Positions 53,185-64,000 of a stretch of DNA of 64,000 nt are shown here, piece by piece. Origin of the DNA: Octopus sinensis (Eukaryota); assembly GCF_006345805.1 (NCBI RefSeq), contig NC_043003.1, forward strand, positions 101,556,001 to 101,620,000, read 5' to 3'. The notes below the pieces were generated by a model, which saw only the letters and a program-made list of their open reading frames with translations, was not told the origin of the DNA and searched no databases. Each line of letters opens with the position of its first letter. The stretch's first letter is position 1. The translations under genes were made by a program, and so were the position numbers.

Positions 53185-55345
53185 GCTGCGGCCATGCTGA
53201 TGCACCGCCGTTTTGTGCTTCACTGTTATTACGAAGAACCTCGTCTAATATGTGGCACTTGGTGAAGAATGGAGTTTGATATAGCTACTCTCATTTGCAC
53301 CTCTTGCCGTGAGGTAGGTTCATCTGGGACTCTTGACAGGAAGATGTCCAGCTTTGATTTAAAAACCACTACATCTACTTTGTGCAAGTTCCTCAGACTC
53401 TTTGGGAGAATATTAAAAAGCTGTGGACCCTTGAAACCCAGGCTGCTGCAGAAGCTGGTCCTCTAGCGTGATGGCATTGCTGGGATCTTTGGCACTATGC
53501 AGTGTCGTCCCGTTCTAGCATTGCTGTAGCTTACAATGCCAAAATTTGGCACAATTCCTTCTAGGATCTTCCAGACATATATTACTGCATACCTCTCCCG
53601 TCTTCTCTCCAGGGAGTAGAGTCTCAGCTGTTTCAACCTTTCCCAGTAGCTGGACTGTTGCAAGAGACGATCTTCTTTGTGAATCTTCTCTGGATTGCTT
53701 CAAAGTCTGCTGTTAATTTTACACTGGTGGGTGACCATAGCTGTGAGCAGTAATCCAGGTGGCTGAGGACGAATGTCCCCCAGAGGACCATCATGGTTTC
53801 CTTATTTCTGGTTCTGAATGTTCTTAGGATCCACCCAGCCAGTCGTCTGCACTTTGTCGCCATCCTGGTAATGTGCACTTGGAAAGAGGTATCGTCACTC
53901 ATGTCGATACCCAGGTCCCTCACAGACTTAGGCTCTGGGATTGAAATTCCCTGTGGACCGGTGTATCCTGTAAGTTTAATATTCAGTTTTGGATGCTAGT
54001 AGCGCAGGGCCTGGAATTTTTCAGCATTAAACTGCATATTATTATCCTCAGCCCATCTGTAGATTGAGTCCAGCTCCTGCTGCAGGTATGCAACATCGCT
54101 GGGGTTCTGTATTTTCTGCGAGACTTTCGTATCGTCTGCATAGCTGGCCAGAGTGGCTATCCGGGCATTTGAGGGCATATCTGAGAGGGCCACTATAAAA
54201 AGCAGTGGTCCCAAGACAGTGCCCTGTGGAACACTGCTCACTATTTGTGTGTTCATAGAGGTGGCTCCATTAACCACAATTGATTTGTTGAGTAACTGCC
54301 TCAACACCCAGTCATAATGTTGTAAGAGCTGGGTCAGGCAGCTCCTACCTGGTCGAAAACCATGCTGGGTATCACTCAGCAAGTTATTTTCCTCAAGGAA
54401 TGCGATTAGTTTCTTTCTGACTATCCGTTCCATGACTTTGCTGATGTGTGAAGTCAGAGAGATAGGCCTATAGTTTTTGGCATCTGCTCTACTTCCCCCT
54501 TTATGTATTGGGCATATTATTCCCTCCTTCAGCTTGCTTGGCATTTGCCATTCGCAAGATGCTCTGGAAGAGACTTGAGGGGTTTTGCCAGGGCATGCTT
54601 ACACGCTTTGTGGAGGATGGCTGGGAAACCATCTGGACCAGCAGCTGAGTTTGTGTCCACTTCATCTATGGCTAGTAGGACATCTTTTTCGCTAATGTCA
54701 ATACATTCTATTGTAACCGCCTCGCTGGTTATAGGTGAGGCGGCAAAGAAGTCCACTGGTTCGTTCACTTGTCTGTGTTCCAACGGGGTGGTAAAGACAC
54801 TTTTGAACTGGTCATTCAGCATCTCACTGATCTTAGTTGGACTGTCTGTGAGGGAGCCATCCTTTTGGAGGAGGGGTCCTATCTTGTAGTGCACTGAGAC
54901 TGTTTCTTTCGCGTAATGAAAGAACGCCTTTGGGTTTGATTTAATGTTTTTTATAACCGAGGCTTCGTTGTCTGCTTTCTCCTTCACATAGGATTGTTGC
55001 AGCCTTTTTTCGATCTCCATCAGTGTTGTTTTTAGGCAGGATGTTTCGCTCATTTTGGGATGTTGGTTGAGACGATTTGCAACCTTCGTCCGTCGTCTCA
55101 TGAGGATCTTCCTGTCTCTTGGAATCTTGCTCCTATTTGTTTTGGCCTTGTGCTCTGGGACATATTTCTGGCATACGGCTGGCACAGAAGACATGAAACA
55201 TTCTAGTTTCATGTCAATGTCTGGTGTGGAGAGACATTCTGGCCAGTCCTTTCTGAGGATCTCTTTTTGGATCGATTTCCAATCTGTTTGTGGAAGTTCA
55301 GATTGGAGAGATTTCGGGTGCTTTCTTTAGGCTGTATGTCTCTGG
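53185..55345 (-). mobile_element. CR1-like LINE, 5'-truncated, frameshifted, internally deleted, antisense in SGSM3 intron 1
   Basis: NYRPISLTS, QHGFRPGRSC, VPQGTVLGPLLF, YADDTK, HLDYCSQLWSP. Confidence 0.9.
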
Positions 55346-55364
55346 TTATTTTTGTATATGTATG

Positions 55365-55405
<41 letters not shown>

Positions 55406-55520
55406 ATATATGTTATATATATATATATCTGTATATATGTTATATATATATATGTCTATATAATATGTATATGTATATATGTATATATGTATATATGTAT
55501 ATGTATATATGTATATATAT

Positions 55521-55620
55521 NNNNNNNNNNNNNNNNNNNNNNNNNNNNNNNNNNNNNNNNNNNNNNNNNNNNNNNNNNNNNNNNNNNNNNNNNNNNNNNN
55601 NNNNNNNNNNNNNNNNNNNN
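55521..55620. other. Assembly gap (100 N)
   Basis: N run within a TA-rich tract. Confidence 1.
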
Positions 55621-55809
55621 CGTTAAATGATGATGATGATGATGATATATATATATATATATATTATATACATTGTACATATATATATATACATGTATAT
55701 ATATATATATACATGTATATATATATATATATACATGTATATTTATATATATGTATTATGTATATATATATGTATATATATATATATACATGTATATTTA
55801 TATATATAC

Positions 55810-55841
<32 letters not shown>

Positions 55842-57681
55842 TCATATAGTGAGAATTTACAAGAGGACGAAGACGAATGTATAAACAACAAACAAACGTA
55901 TCAGTTTAACGCTCGGGAAGTGAGAAAGTCTTTTATTTATATATACATATATATCTGTATATACATACACATACATATATACACATTATACATTTCAATT
56001 TTAATACACATAAGTGAAACCAGACTGTTATAGACTCGGACACTATTCTTTGAGTGGTGTTTTGCACAATGATCTAGAATTCAAAACAAATTTTCTCAGT
56101 AATACAAAAATATAACTTGAGTAAAATAATTAACTGTGTAACACACACTGCTACCTATATGACTGAGGTCCTTTTGGTTGTTGCTTATGGAGTTATAATG
56201 TTGAACGTTATTTTCTTTCAAAAATTTGCATAGCTTATACACTCACGGTTCTTGTACCTTAGTATCACATTTATCATGTCAATGAAGATCTGATCTTTGA
56301 GTCTGCTCATATCACAGTCCTGACAAATAATCTGTTTATTACATTGAATCTTCTTCAGCAGCATCTTGGGACTTGCAGATATAAAAGCAAATATATTGAT
56401 ATTCTTCTAGATACTTTGAAATTAAATGCCAATTAACCCTTTCCCCTGTGAAATTAAATTTCATGGTTATTCCAGTAATGATGTTAAATGTCTGTCAAAA
56501 TACAAAATTAATATTTCCTGCCAGTCATGTTGTCTCAATAAACTTGACACATCTCAACAGAAAATAATTTGAACATGATATTCCTCAACAAAAGATAAAC
56601 TGATATATGATAGTGCTTTTTACAGTTGAGGATAATGAAATTTTGAATGGATATACCTGGTTTCTGCAGTAAAAGAGTCAAAATCTTATTTCTCCCTAGA
56701 CATAGGGACTAACTAGTATACAGCTCAGAGGACTGCTCCTGTGCCTGACCTGACCTTGTCCTGTATTAAGTATCATATTGTGTGATTTCTTAAATGCATA
56801 TTGAAATCAATGGCCAATATTGAGTTTCTTACTTTTTATTTCATGTAACATTTGTTGGCTATATAAAAAGTGTTTTATTTGTAAAGGTTTTGTTTAATTT
56901 TGTTTTATCATTTCCAAGACATTTGTGTCCAGAGAAGCCTATAATTCGATAAATCAACTGCTGTTGTAAGACCAAGCTATTATTTCTGCCTGTATAGTTT
57001 TGATTGAACTCCTTTTCTTTACATTTAGCTATCTGTTTAGTGAGGAATATATTTGTGTGGTGAATTCAACATGGTATTATAGACTGTTATATGCCAGATA
57101 TTGTACACTGACCCAATCTGATGCTGATATTTTGTTGTGTTTTGAGATAGAAAACTTATTCTACATTTCTGTAGTTCATTTATTTGTCAGAAATAGGTGC
57201 TGGATCATTTGGGAATGTTACATTTGATAGACCAGTCTCCTATCCCGGGTAAGATTCATCTCTCATCTGTTTCACACAGTAAAACCTGAGCTGAACAAAA
57301 GAGGGACTTAGAGATTTTATGTTATATTTTATATTATACAATTTATACATTTTATATTATACAATACTTGAATCAGAACAGTTTGAAAGCAATGACAAAG
57401 CTAATGGAGGGGACTGATTCAAGGTGGAGTTCATGAATGCTTCTTGTTGCCTCCTCTAGCACTGCATACTAATGAACCAGTCATTAATTATACTCTAGTT
57501 CCTTGTAGTGATGAGCTATACTAATCATGTTGGCTATTTACTGCCTGGTGGACTGAGTTAGCAAAAGTTAAATGAGTTGGTCATTGACACAGTAAATAAA
57601 TTACCGACCCTTTACTTGGTAAACTAATGTTTTATTGACACAACCTACTGTGAGTGTTAAATATTATCCTTTTCATTTCAG

Positions 57682-57863
57682 CTGACACTCTCTCAGAAGA
57701 TGAAGATGACTACATTGTCAGGGAAACTGGAGAAGGAGTTAGTGTCTGTGCTGTACCCAGCTACAACCATAATTCAGATTTTACTCCAACTCCAGGAGGA
57801 CCGTTTTCAGCCCTTACACCGTCAATGTGGCCACAAGATATTTTGTCCAGATTAAACAACCCT
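57682..57863 (+). CDS. SGSM3: SGSM3 coding exon 2 (DTLSEDEDD...[24 protein letters not shown])
   Basis: tttcatttcag acceptor and cct|gtaagt donor; [16 protein letters not shown] matches the SGSM3 N-terminal motif (human [16 protein letters not shown]). Confidence 0.93.
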
Positions 57864-58593
57864 GTAAGTGCCTGCCTGTTTTGTATCCTCACTCCATCTT
57901 CTTTGAATAGATAATAAGAAAAATCACTATCTTTGTTTTAGTTGAAATAGGGTGGTGGGGAGGGCTTTGCTGCATTAGCTGTAATACTTAATTTTTTCTA
58001 ACCTGGATCAGAGTTTTATATGATGTTCTTAGACATGACATTAATTTTTCTTCTTTCTTTATCAACTTACCTATGTCTTTTATTTTCACCGTGAATTGTT
58101 AGAGTTGGGTGGGTAAATCTTTGTTTTAAGGAAGGAGAACATTCCAAACTATTTGGTGTTGAAAAGCAGGGAAAGTAAAAATGTTTATCATTTGACAATT
58201 ATGCTCAAGGCCATTTCTGCCGTGGAGTTATTGTTAATTGAACTGCACCCCTCAGTAAATTACTGAGTGATGACATGTGAAGTGTCATCCCCTAATGTAA
58301 ACTAAACTTAGAGCAGCATGTACTAATGTGCTCCAGCTTGTAATAATGAGTGCCAAATTTGTCTTGCCAATGGTGTACTCAAACATACACAAGCTCTATC
58401 ACATGCAAGCATTAACATTTTATAAGATGTACTTATTACCTTTCTAAAGCCTATTCTTATGAAGAGGTCAGGATGTCCTTTTGTCAACCACTTTTAGCAA
58501 ATGATGAAATGTATAAGATAGAGCACTCAGCCTTAGAATATATATTTGGAAGAAAAATGATGTCTTATAATCCAGTATATATTGTATGTTTAT

Positions 58594-58811
58594 CCCTTTA
58601 ACATTCAGCTACTTTGTCAAGTGTTATGCCTATTTATTCATATTGTTTTGAATTAATCAAGAAGCATCTTGTAGCTTTGAGATTTTCATAATGTGATTGC
58701 TTATGTTTAGAAGGACATTGTAGGGTAGGTGTGAGTGGCTGAATCTGGCTAGTTTGATCATGAAGCATGTTGAATATTGTGGTTGGACATGGCAGTTTGA
58801 ATACTAAAGGG
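58594..58811. mobile_element. piggyBac-like MITE
   Basis: Termini ccctttaacattca / tgaatactaaaggg; flanks TTAT and TTAA. Confidence 0.6.
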
Positions 58812-60318
58812 TTAAATATTAGTGACCTATCAACAGAGTTTTCAGTCCATACAGTATTCAAGACCGTATTATTTATATTTTATATATAAATGCTAGTGTA
58901 TGTAGTTATAATTATGTGTGTGGCCCTGAAAGGCTCTTGATCAGTGCATTCTTGAGAAAAATGAATTTGATTTTTGACATCTGCATCCCAAAGAGAAGGT
59001 CATCTGTAAATAATAAGAAAAAATATAATTTGCTACGAGAAATAACTCAACTTTTAAATTTTCAGCTCTCCCATTCTCTGTCTGTCACCATGAATCTATC
59101 TCTCTCTGTTATTTACCAGACTCTTTATCACACTCTCTCTTCTCTCTCTTTCTCTCTCTCTCTCTGTATTATCTCTCATGTATTGCTTTCATTACATCAT
59201 CTAATGTTTACTTACATTTTATCACTGCAATTACTCGTAAATCCTGTTTTCTGATTAGGTAAAAATATCAAACTTTAAACCTCTGTGACATTTTTCTAAA
59301 ATTTTTCTAGAATAAATGAATCACAAACTTGGATTCTGCATGAAAAAATACATCAATATATTAAATTTGAAGATTTTGACTTAGTTATAAAATTTTAAAA
59401 CCTGTAATAGCAACAGAAAAGATCTCTCTGTCTATCTCTTTCATTTTCGCTTTTCCCATGGTAAATTATTTTCCCTTCTCTGTGTATATTTATCATACTC
59501 TCTCTCACACTTTATAAAAGTATATCGCTCATGCTGAGTGTGTATTTGTCATTGTGTGTGTGTGCATGTGTAATAAATTTCATTAGGATGACAGAATGAG
59601 TTAAAAAAAAGATATGTGAAAGATAATTTGTTTGCTAGTGCAAACAGACTACATAGAACTCAAAACGTGAGAGTATATATATATATATATTTTTTAAATG
59701 TTAGAAGTTCCACAGTGATTCAAGAAATGCAAGTTTCATGCACTTTGTAACTTCTGATTAAAAATATTGAGTGTATGTATGTACATGTGCACCTTTGCAC
59801 ATACTCATTTATACACTCTTTCTACATAGTTCAGAGATTACCATGAAACTCACTGTATGTCATCAGTGAAAGAATTTTATTTGATAGAAATCATTGTGTT
59901 AGGGTGGGTTTTCTCTTGAAACTTGAATATACCTCATCCTTCTCGTCCTTTCTACTCACTATACTAAAGGGCAACATTGGTTTTGAAGTCAGTTTTCCTG
60001 TGAGTGTATGTAAATTTATGTATGTATACATGATACATGATAGCTGCAAGAATGGCCGCTATCTGTAGAAACCATATCAAAACAGACATTTGAGCAAGAA
60101 GTGGTCCTCCTACCTGTTAGATCCATTTAAACTATCCAGCATGGAAAATACACCTAAAAAATCATAGTGGCTGCAGTGGTGATGGTGGCATCAGTGGTGG
60201 TGATCACCATCACCACCATTTCTGCTGTAAGAGGACATTATCTGAGCTACTGGTAAGCAGATCTATATACCAAAGGTAGAAGTGTTGTGCTTTGTATGTA
60301 AATGTATGTGTGTGTATA

Positions 60319-61396
60319 CACAGACATGCAGGAAGTAAATAGACACCTTTAATCTTCAAAATCTTTTATTTAATACGCAAAGCGAACCATTGAAACGTAA
60401 TCGATAGGTAGGATTACATACTTCAGTATTTAGTTGACATTCACTTCGAAGGCTTTAATTCCGAAACTCTTTTTGGCATTGAACTGATGAGCTTTGTGAT
60501 TGTCTCTTGTGGAATTTCTGCCCACTTTTCACACAACAATCAAAACAATTCATCTTTAGATTTAGGTTTCTGTTGAGTTTTTCGTATAGCTCTATCTAGT
60601 ATGCTACACAGATTTTCAGTTGGGTTCATGTCAGGAGATTGGCTCGGCCAAGGAAGCTTTTTAATCCCATTTTCAGTCAGCCATTGTTGATTCCTTTTTG
60701 CTGTGTGGAATGGGGCCCCATCTTCCATGAATAAAGACTCATTTTCATTATGTTATCGTGTGAATACATCGGAAGTAGTCTTTGCTGAAGTATTTCGATG
60801 TAGTTTTCAGAGTTTATGGTTCCAACACATTCGATCAGCTCAGAACGACCATTGCTGATGACAGCTCCCCATACCATTACAGAGATACTGCCATGTTTTA
60901 CAGTTGGTTGGAGTCGTTTCAAATCAAATTCTTGATTGGGAAACCTCCAGACCCAAACACATCCACTGTCTGAAAATAATGCAAATCTGGATTCATCTAT
61001 GTCAGAAGCCTTCAAATGGGGTTCGTTTTCCACAATTCTCCTTTCTGAGGGCCCAGGTTGGCCGGGACAAGAATCTGTTGATTCTTTTCCTTGGCTTTTG
61101 AATTTCACTATAATTCTATTAACAGCAGCAAAAGGAATTTGAAGATTTTTGGCAATTCTTCAGTGGCTAAGACCAGCCTCAGATTGCCCAACAATACGAC
61201 CTCTTTGAAAATCTGAAAGTTCTGCTGAATTTTTTGTGCATGACATGGTTACTCTTTGCAAATGTTTAATATAATGGCATCTGGAATGAAAAAGAAAAAT
61301 TACATTGTAAATTCTACACCGCTGAAAACATATTAAGATGTTTAGATAAGAAATTTTGAAAATTAAAGCTGTCTATTTACTTCCTACATGTCTGTG
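60319..61396 (-). mobile_element. Tc1-like (DD34E) transposon, internally deleted
   Basis: ~35-bp TIR cacagacatg(c/t)aggaagtaaatagaca, TA flanks; DESRF, VMVWG, EDGAP, WPSQSPDMNPTENL. Confidence 0.9.
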
Positions 61397-61489
61397 TATA
61401 TATATAATATATATTCAAATATGAATTAGGAGTGGCATGAGTGTTGTAAACATTATCAAACACATATACACAATGTATGTGCTTTGCTT

Positions 61490-61815
61490 GTTCACCAGTC
61501 ATCTGTGCTTTGATGTGGTGGTGATGACTCTCTCAAAGCACTGAGTGTTAAAACACCTGAAAGTCATAGATAGGTGAGACAACTCACCCCAAGTCCCGTT
61601 CAGGAGCAATTGATATTGATGTTTTGATGATTTTGTTCAGCTACATGATGTTGATAAGCCACAAAAATGGTGAAACATCGATATCCATTGCTCCTCAATG
61701 GAACTTGGAGTGAGCTGTCTTGCCTGTCTATGACTGTAACTTTTAGGTGTCTTAAAATCCAGTGCTTTGAGAGAGTCATCTCCATGTCAAATCATAGCTA
61801 ACTAGCGAACAAGCA
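61490..61815. repeat. Imperfect ~130-bp inverted repeat in SGSM3 intron; right half duplicated at ~62277-62455
   Basis: Arms ~61490-61612 and ~61677-61815. Confidence 0.8.
61646..61690 (+). ncRNA. Hammerhead motif, U3-A8 core variant, in SGSM3 intron
   Basis: TGATG-TTGATAA-GCCA/TGGT-GAAAC-ATCGAT-ATC^CATTG; C15.2-A16.2 mismatch. Confidence 0.5.
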
Positions 61816-61824
61816 ACACTCATA

Positions 61825-62130
61825 CATTGTTGTTTGTTCCTTCTCGAGCCATGCCTGGCTCATAAGGGCCGGTTTCCCGGTTTCCTTGGCATATAGGTTC
61901 TTCACCTGGACAGGATGCCGGTCCGTCGTAGGTGAGCTGCTAGATGCAGGAGGAAAGAGAGAGAAAGTTATGGTGAAAGAGTCAGCAGAAGTTCACCATT
62001 AACTTCCACCGGAGCCGTGTGGAGCTTAGGTGTTTCGCTCATAAACACACATATCATCCGGCCTGAGATTCGAACCCACTATCTCTCGACCGCGAGTCTG
62101 CTGCTCTAGCCACTAGGCCATGTGCCTCCA
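61825..62130 (-). mobile_element. tRNA-derived SINE, same family as 43858
   Basis: Reverse-complement similarity including the tRNA head. Confidence 0.7.
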
Positions 62131-62279
62131 CCTCATACATTGCATATGTGTGTTCGGTAACAACACTGGCACTACTTCTAATTCATATTTGAATTTATTC
62201 CTATGTCTGCATCATTTGGGCATACCAGCATATAGTCATGGACAGGCTATTCAATTTGCCTCCTGTTTGGTTTAGGCAT

Positions 62280-62326
62280 GTGATGTTGATAAGCCACAAA
62301 AATGGTGAAACAATGACGTCCATCAC
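62280..62326 (+). ncRNA. Hammerhead motif, U3-A8 core variant, in SGSM3 intron
   Basis: GTGATG-TTGATAA-GCCA/TGGT-GAAAC-AATGAC-GTC^CATCAC; perfect 6-bp stem I and GUC triplet. Confidence 0.65.
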
Positions 62327-62568
62327 TCCTGAATGGAACTTGGGGTGAGTTGTCTCACCTGCGTATGACTATGACTTTCAGATGTCTTAACATCTGGGGC
62401 TTTGAAAGAGTCATCTCCATCATATCAAGTTGCAACTAACCAGTGAACAAGCAAAGTAGCTACATTGTGTACGAGTATGTGTGTTCAATGCGCATTTGTG
62501 TGTGTGTCATTTAAAAAAGTGGGAAAATTCCACAGTCTTTTGAAACATTGGTGATTTTCTCATTTTAG

Positions 62569-62635
62569 CCTGTTGATGCCAAAGGTCAGTTGGATTATCG
62601 TTATGATGAATTTGGCTTCAAAGTTGAAGAAGAAG
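62569..62635 (+). CDS. SGSM3: SGSM3 coding exon 3 (PVDAKGQLDYRYDEFGFKVEEE + G)
   Basis: ttttctcattttag acceptor; YDEFGF motif as in human YYDEFGFRV; ends at non-canonical donor AG|GCAAGT in phase 1. Confidence 0.92.
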
Positions 62636-63135
62636 GCAAGTACAGTTTTCAAATTCCTATCTTGTAGATTAGTGAAATCAGTAATTCTAGTCTCAATAGA
62701 TTTCATCTGTAAAATGGTTTTGATTTTCTTCAGTTGAAACTGGTTTTACTCATTAACACCACTGAGATGCATGAGCATCACGTTTTTTGTTTACCCCTCT
62801 GTCTGTCTCTCTCTCTTTCCCTCCCTCCCTCCCCTCTTTCTTTCTCTCTCTCTTTCCCTCCCCCTCTCTCTCATAATTTGAGGTACTGTGCCTTGTTAAC
62901 AAAAATGAAAGCATGAATGTTTGTGATAAATTGCCACTTTTGATGAAATTGTTCTGTGTGTGTGTGTATGCGTGTGTACATGCGTGTGTGCTATAGGTAC
63001 AGGTGTGGCTGTGTGGCTAAATAGTTTGTTTTCTACTGCGTGGCACTATGAGCAAGTGTCTGCTATGAGCAAGTTCTGAGGCTGACCAAAGCTTTTGTGA
63101 GTGGATTTACTGGATGTAAACTGAAAGAAGCCCCA

Positions 63136-63177
<42 letters not shown>

Positions 63178-63495
63178 ATTAATCGTTACTGTATTGGAAT
63201 TCAGTTAAATATTCATAATCCAGAGAAGTGAACCCAAGATTTACCCATTGGATAAAACACAGTGGGATTGCTTACCCCAAATTTTCATTAGAACTAGATG
63301 TGGTTAACCTTAACCTGGATTATCACTTGGTGATTGAATGGTACCCACCTGGATATTGTATCCCTATCCATTTACTATAATATATGTGTGCGTGTGTGTA
63401 TGTATGTATGTATGTATGTATGTATGTATGTATGTACTGTTTTATGGTAAAAGGTATTTATAGTTTAATTTTCTTGTGTTTATCTATTGCTGCAG

Positions 63496-63626
63496 ATGGT
63501 CCTGAAGAGAATTCTAGCAAACTACTCAGCACACCTTTCATTGAAGATCCACAGCACCGTTTAAAGTGGACAGCTTATTTAGAATTTACACACAATAATG
63601 AAGTTGGTGACTTGACCTGGGACAAG
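63496..63626 (+). CDS. SGSM3: SGSM3 coding exon 4 ([44 protein letters not shown]); gene continues beyond window
   Basis: tgcag acceptor and aag|gtatga donor; matches human [23 protein letters not shown] upstream of the TBC domain. Confidence 0.95.
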
Positions 63627-64000
63627 GTATGAAATTACTCATGCTTCATTTCTCCTACTTTTATTTTTAAACACAGTAAGTAGCATGCAAAGGTAATTTG
63701 AGATTACTACACTGATTTGGTTGAAGAACTATGGAGATATTCCACTCTTTGCTGTTTGGTCATTGATTACAGCGATGAGAATGGAATAAATACAAAAAGT
63801 TATTTTTATATGTAAATGTCTCATTGGGTTGCTGGTTCATTGCAGGATGCTTTTGCTTTGTGTAGTAGTGTATCTAGAGCAAATGGTGGTGTGTAGCTTA
63901 GAAGTTAGGGTGTTGGACTCATGATCGTAAGATTGTGGTTTTGATTCCTGGACTGGGCAACGTGTTGTGTTCTTGAGCAAAGCACTTGATTTCATGTTGC

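Noticed and set aside
62640-62641. Canonical GT donor for SGSM3 exon 3
   Set aside because: Shifts the frame and hits TGA early in exon 4.

Overview
AT-rich, microsatellite- and transposon-dominated animal genomic DNA. The repeat landscape suggests an octopus/coleoid cephalopod, which is an inference. The only well-supported host gene is the 5' part of SGSM3 (RUN/TBC1 RabGAP family) on the + strand. Its four coding exons are 50112-50178, 57682-57863, 62569-62635 and 63496-63626, it includes a GC-AG intron, and it runs off the window. The rest is mostly mobile DNA: a Penelope-like retroelement (PLE) with a ~2 kb uninterrupted RT+GIY-YIG frame flanked by inverted pseudo-LTRs, a second split PLE endonuclease, about seven RTE-LINE copies whose RT carries a PHD-like finger, CR1-like LINE pieces, Tc1/mariner/maT/pogo relics, MITEs, non-autonomous Helitrons and tRNA-derived SINEs. 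The most striking unannotated signal is about a dozen type-I hammerhead-ribozyme (HHR) folds from several PLE pseudo-LTR families. Many sit in fold-back inverted repeats, including a near-perfect ~575-bp palindrome. Two U3-A8 core variants lie sense-oriented inside an SGSM3 intron. All structures were folded by eye, and mobile-element borders are approximate unless TIR/TSD positions are stated.
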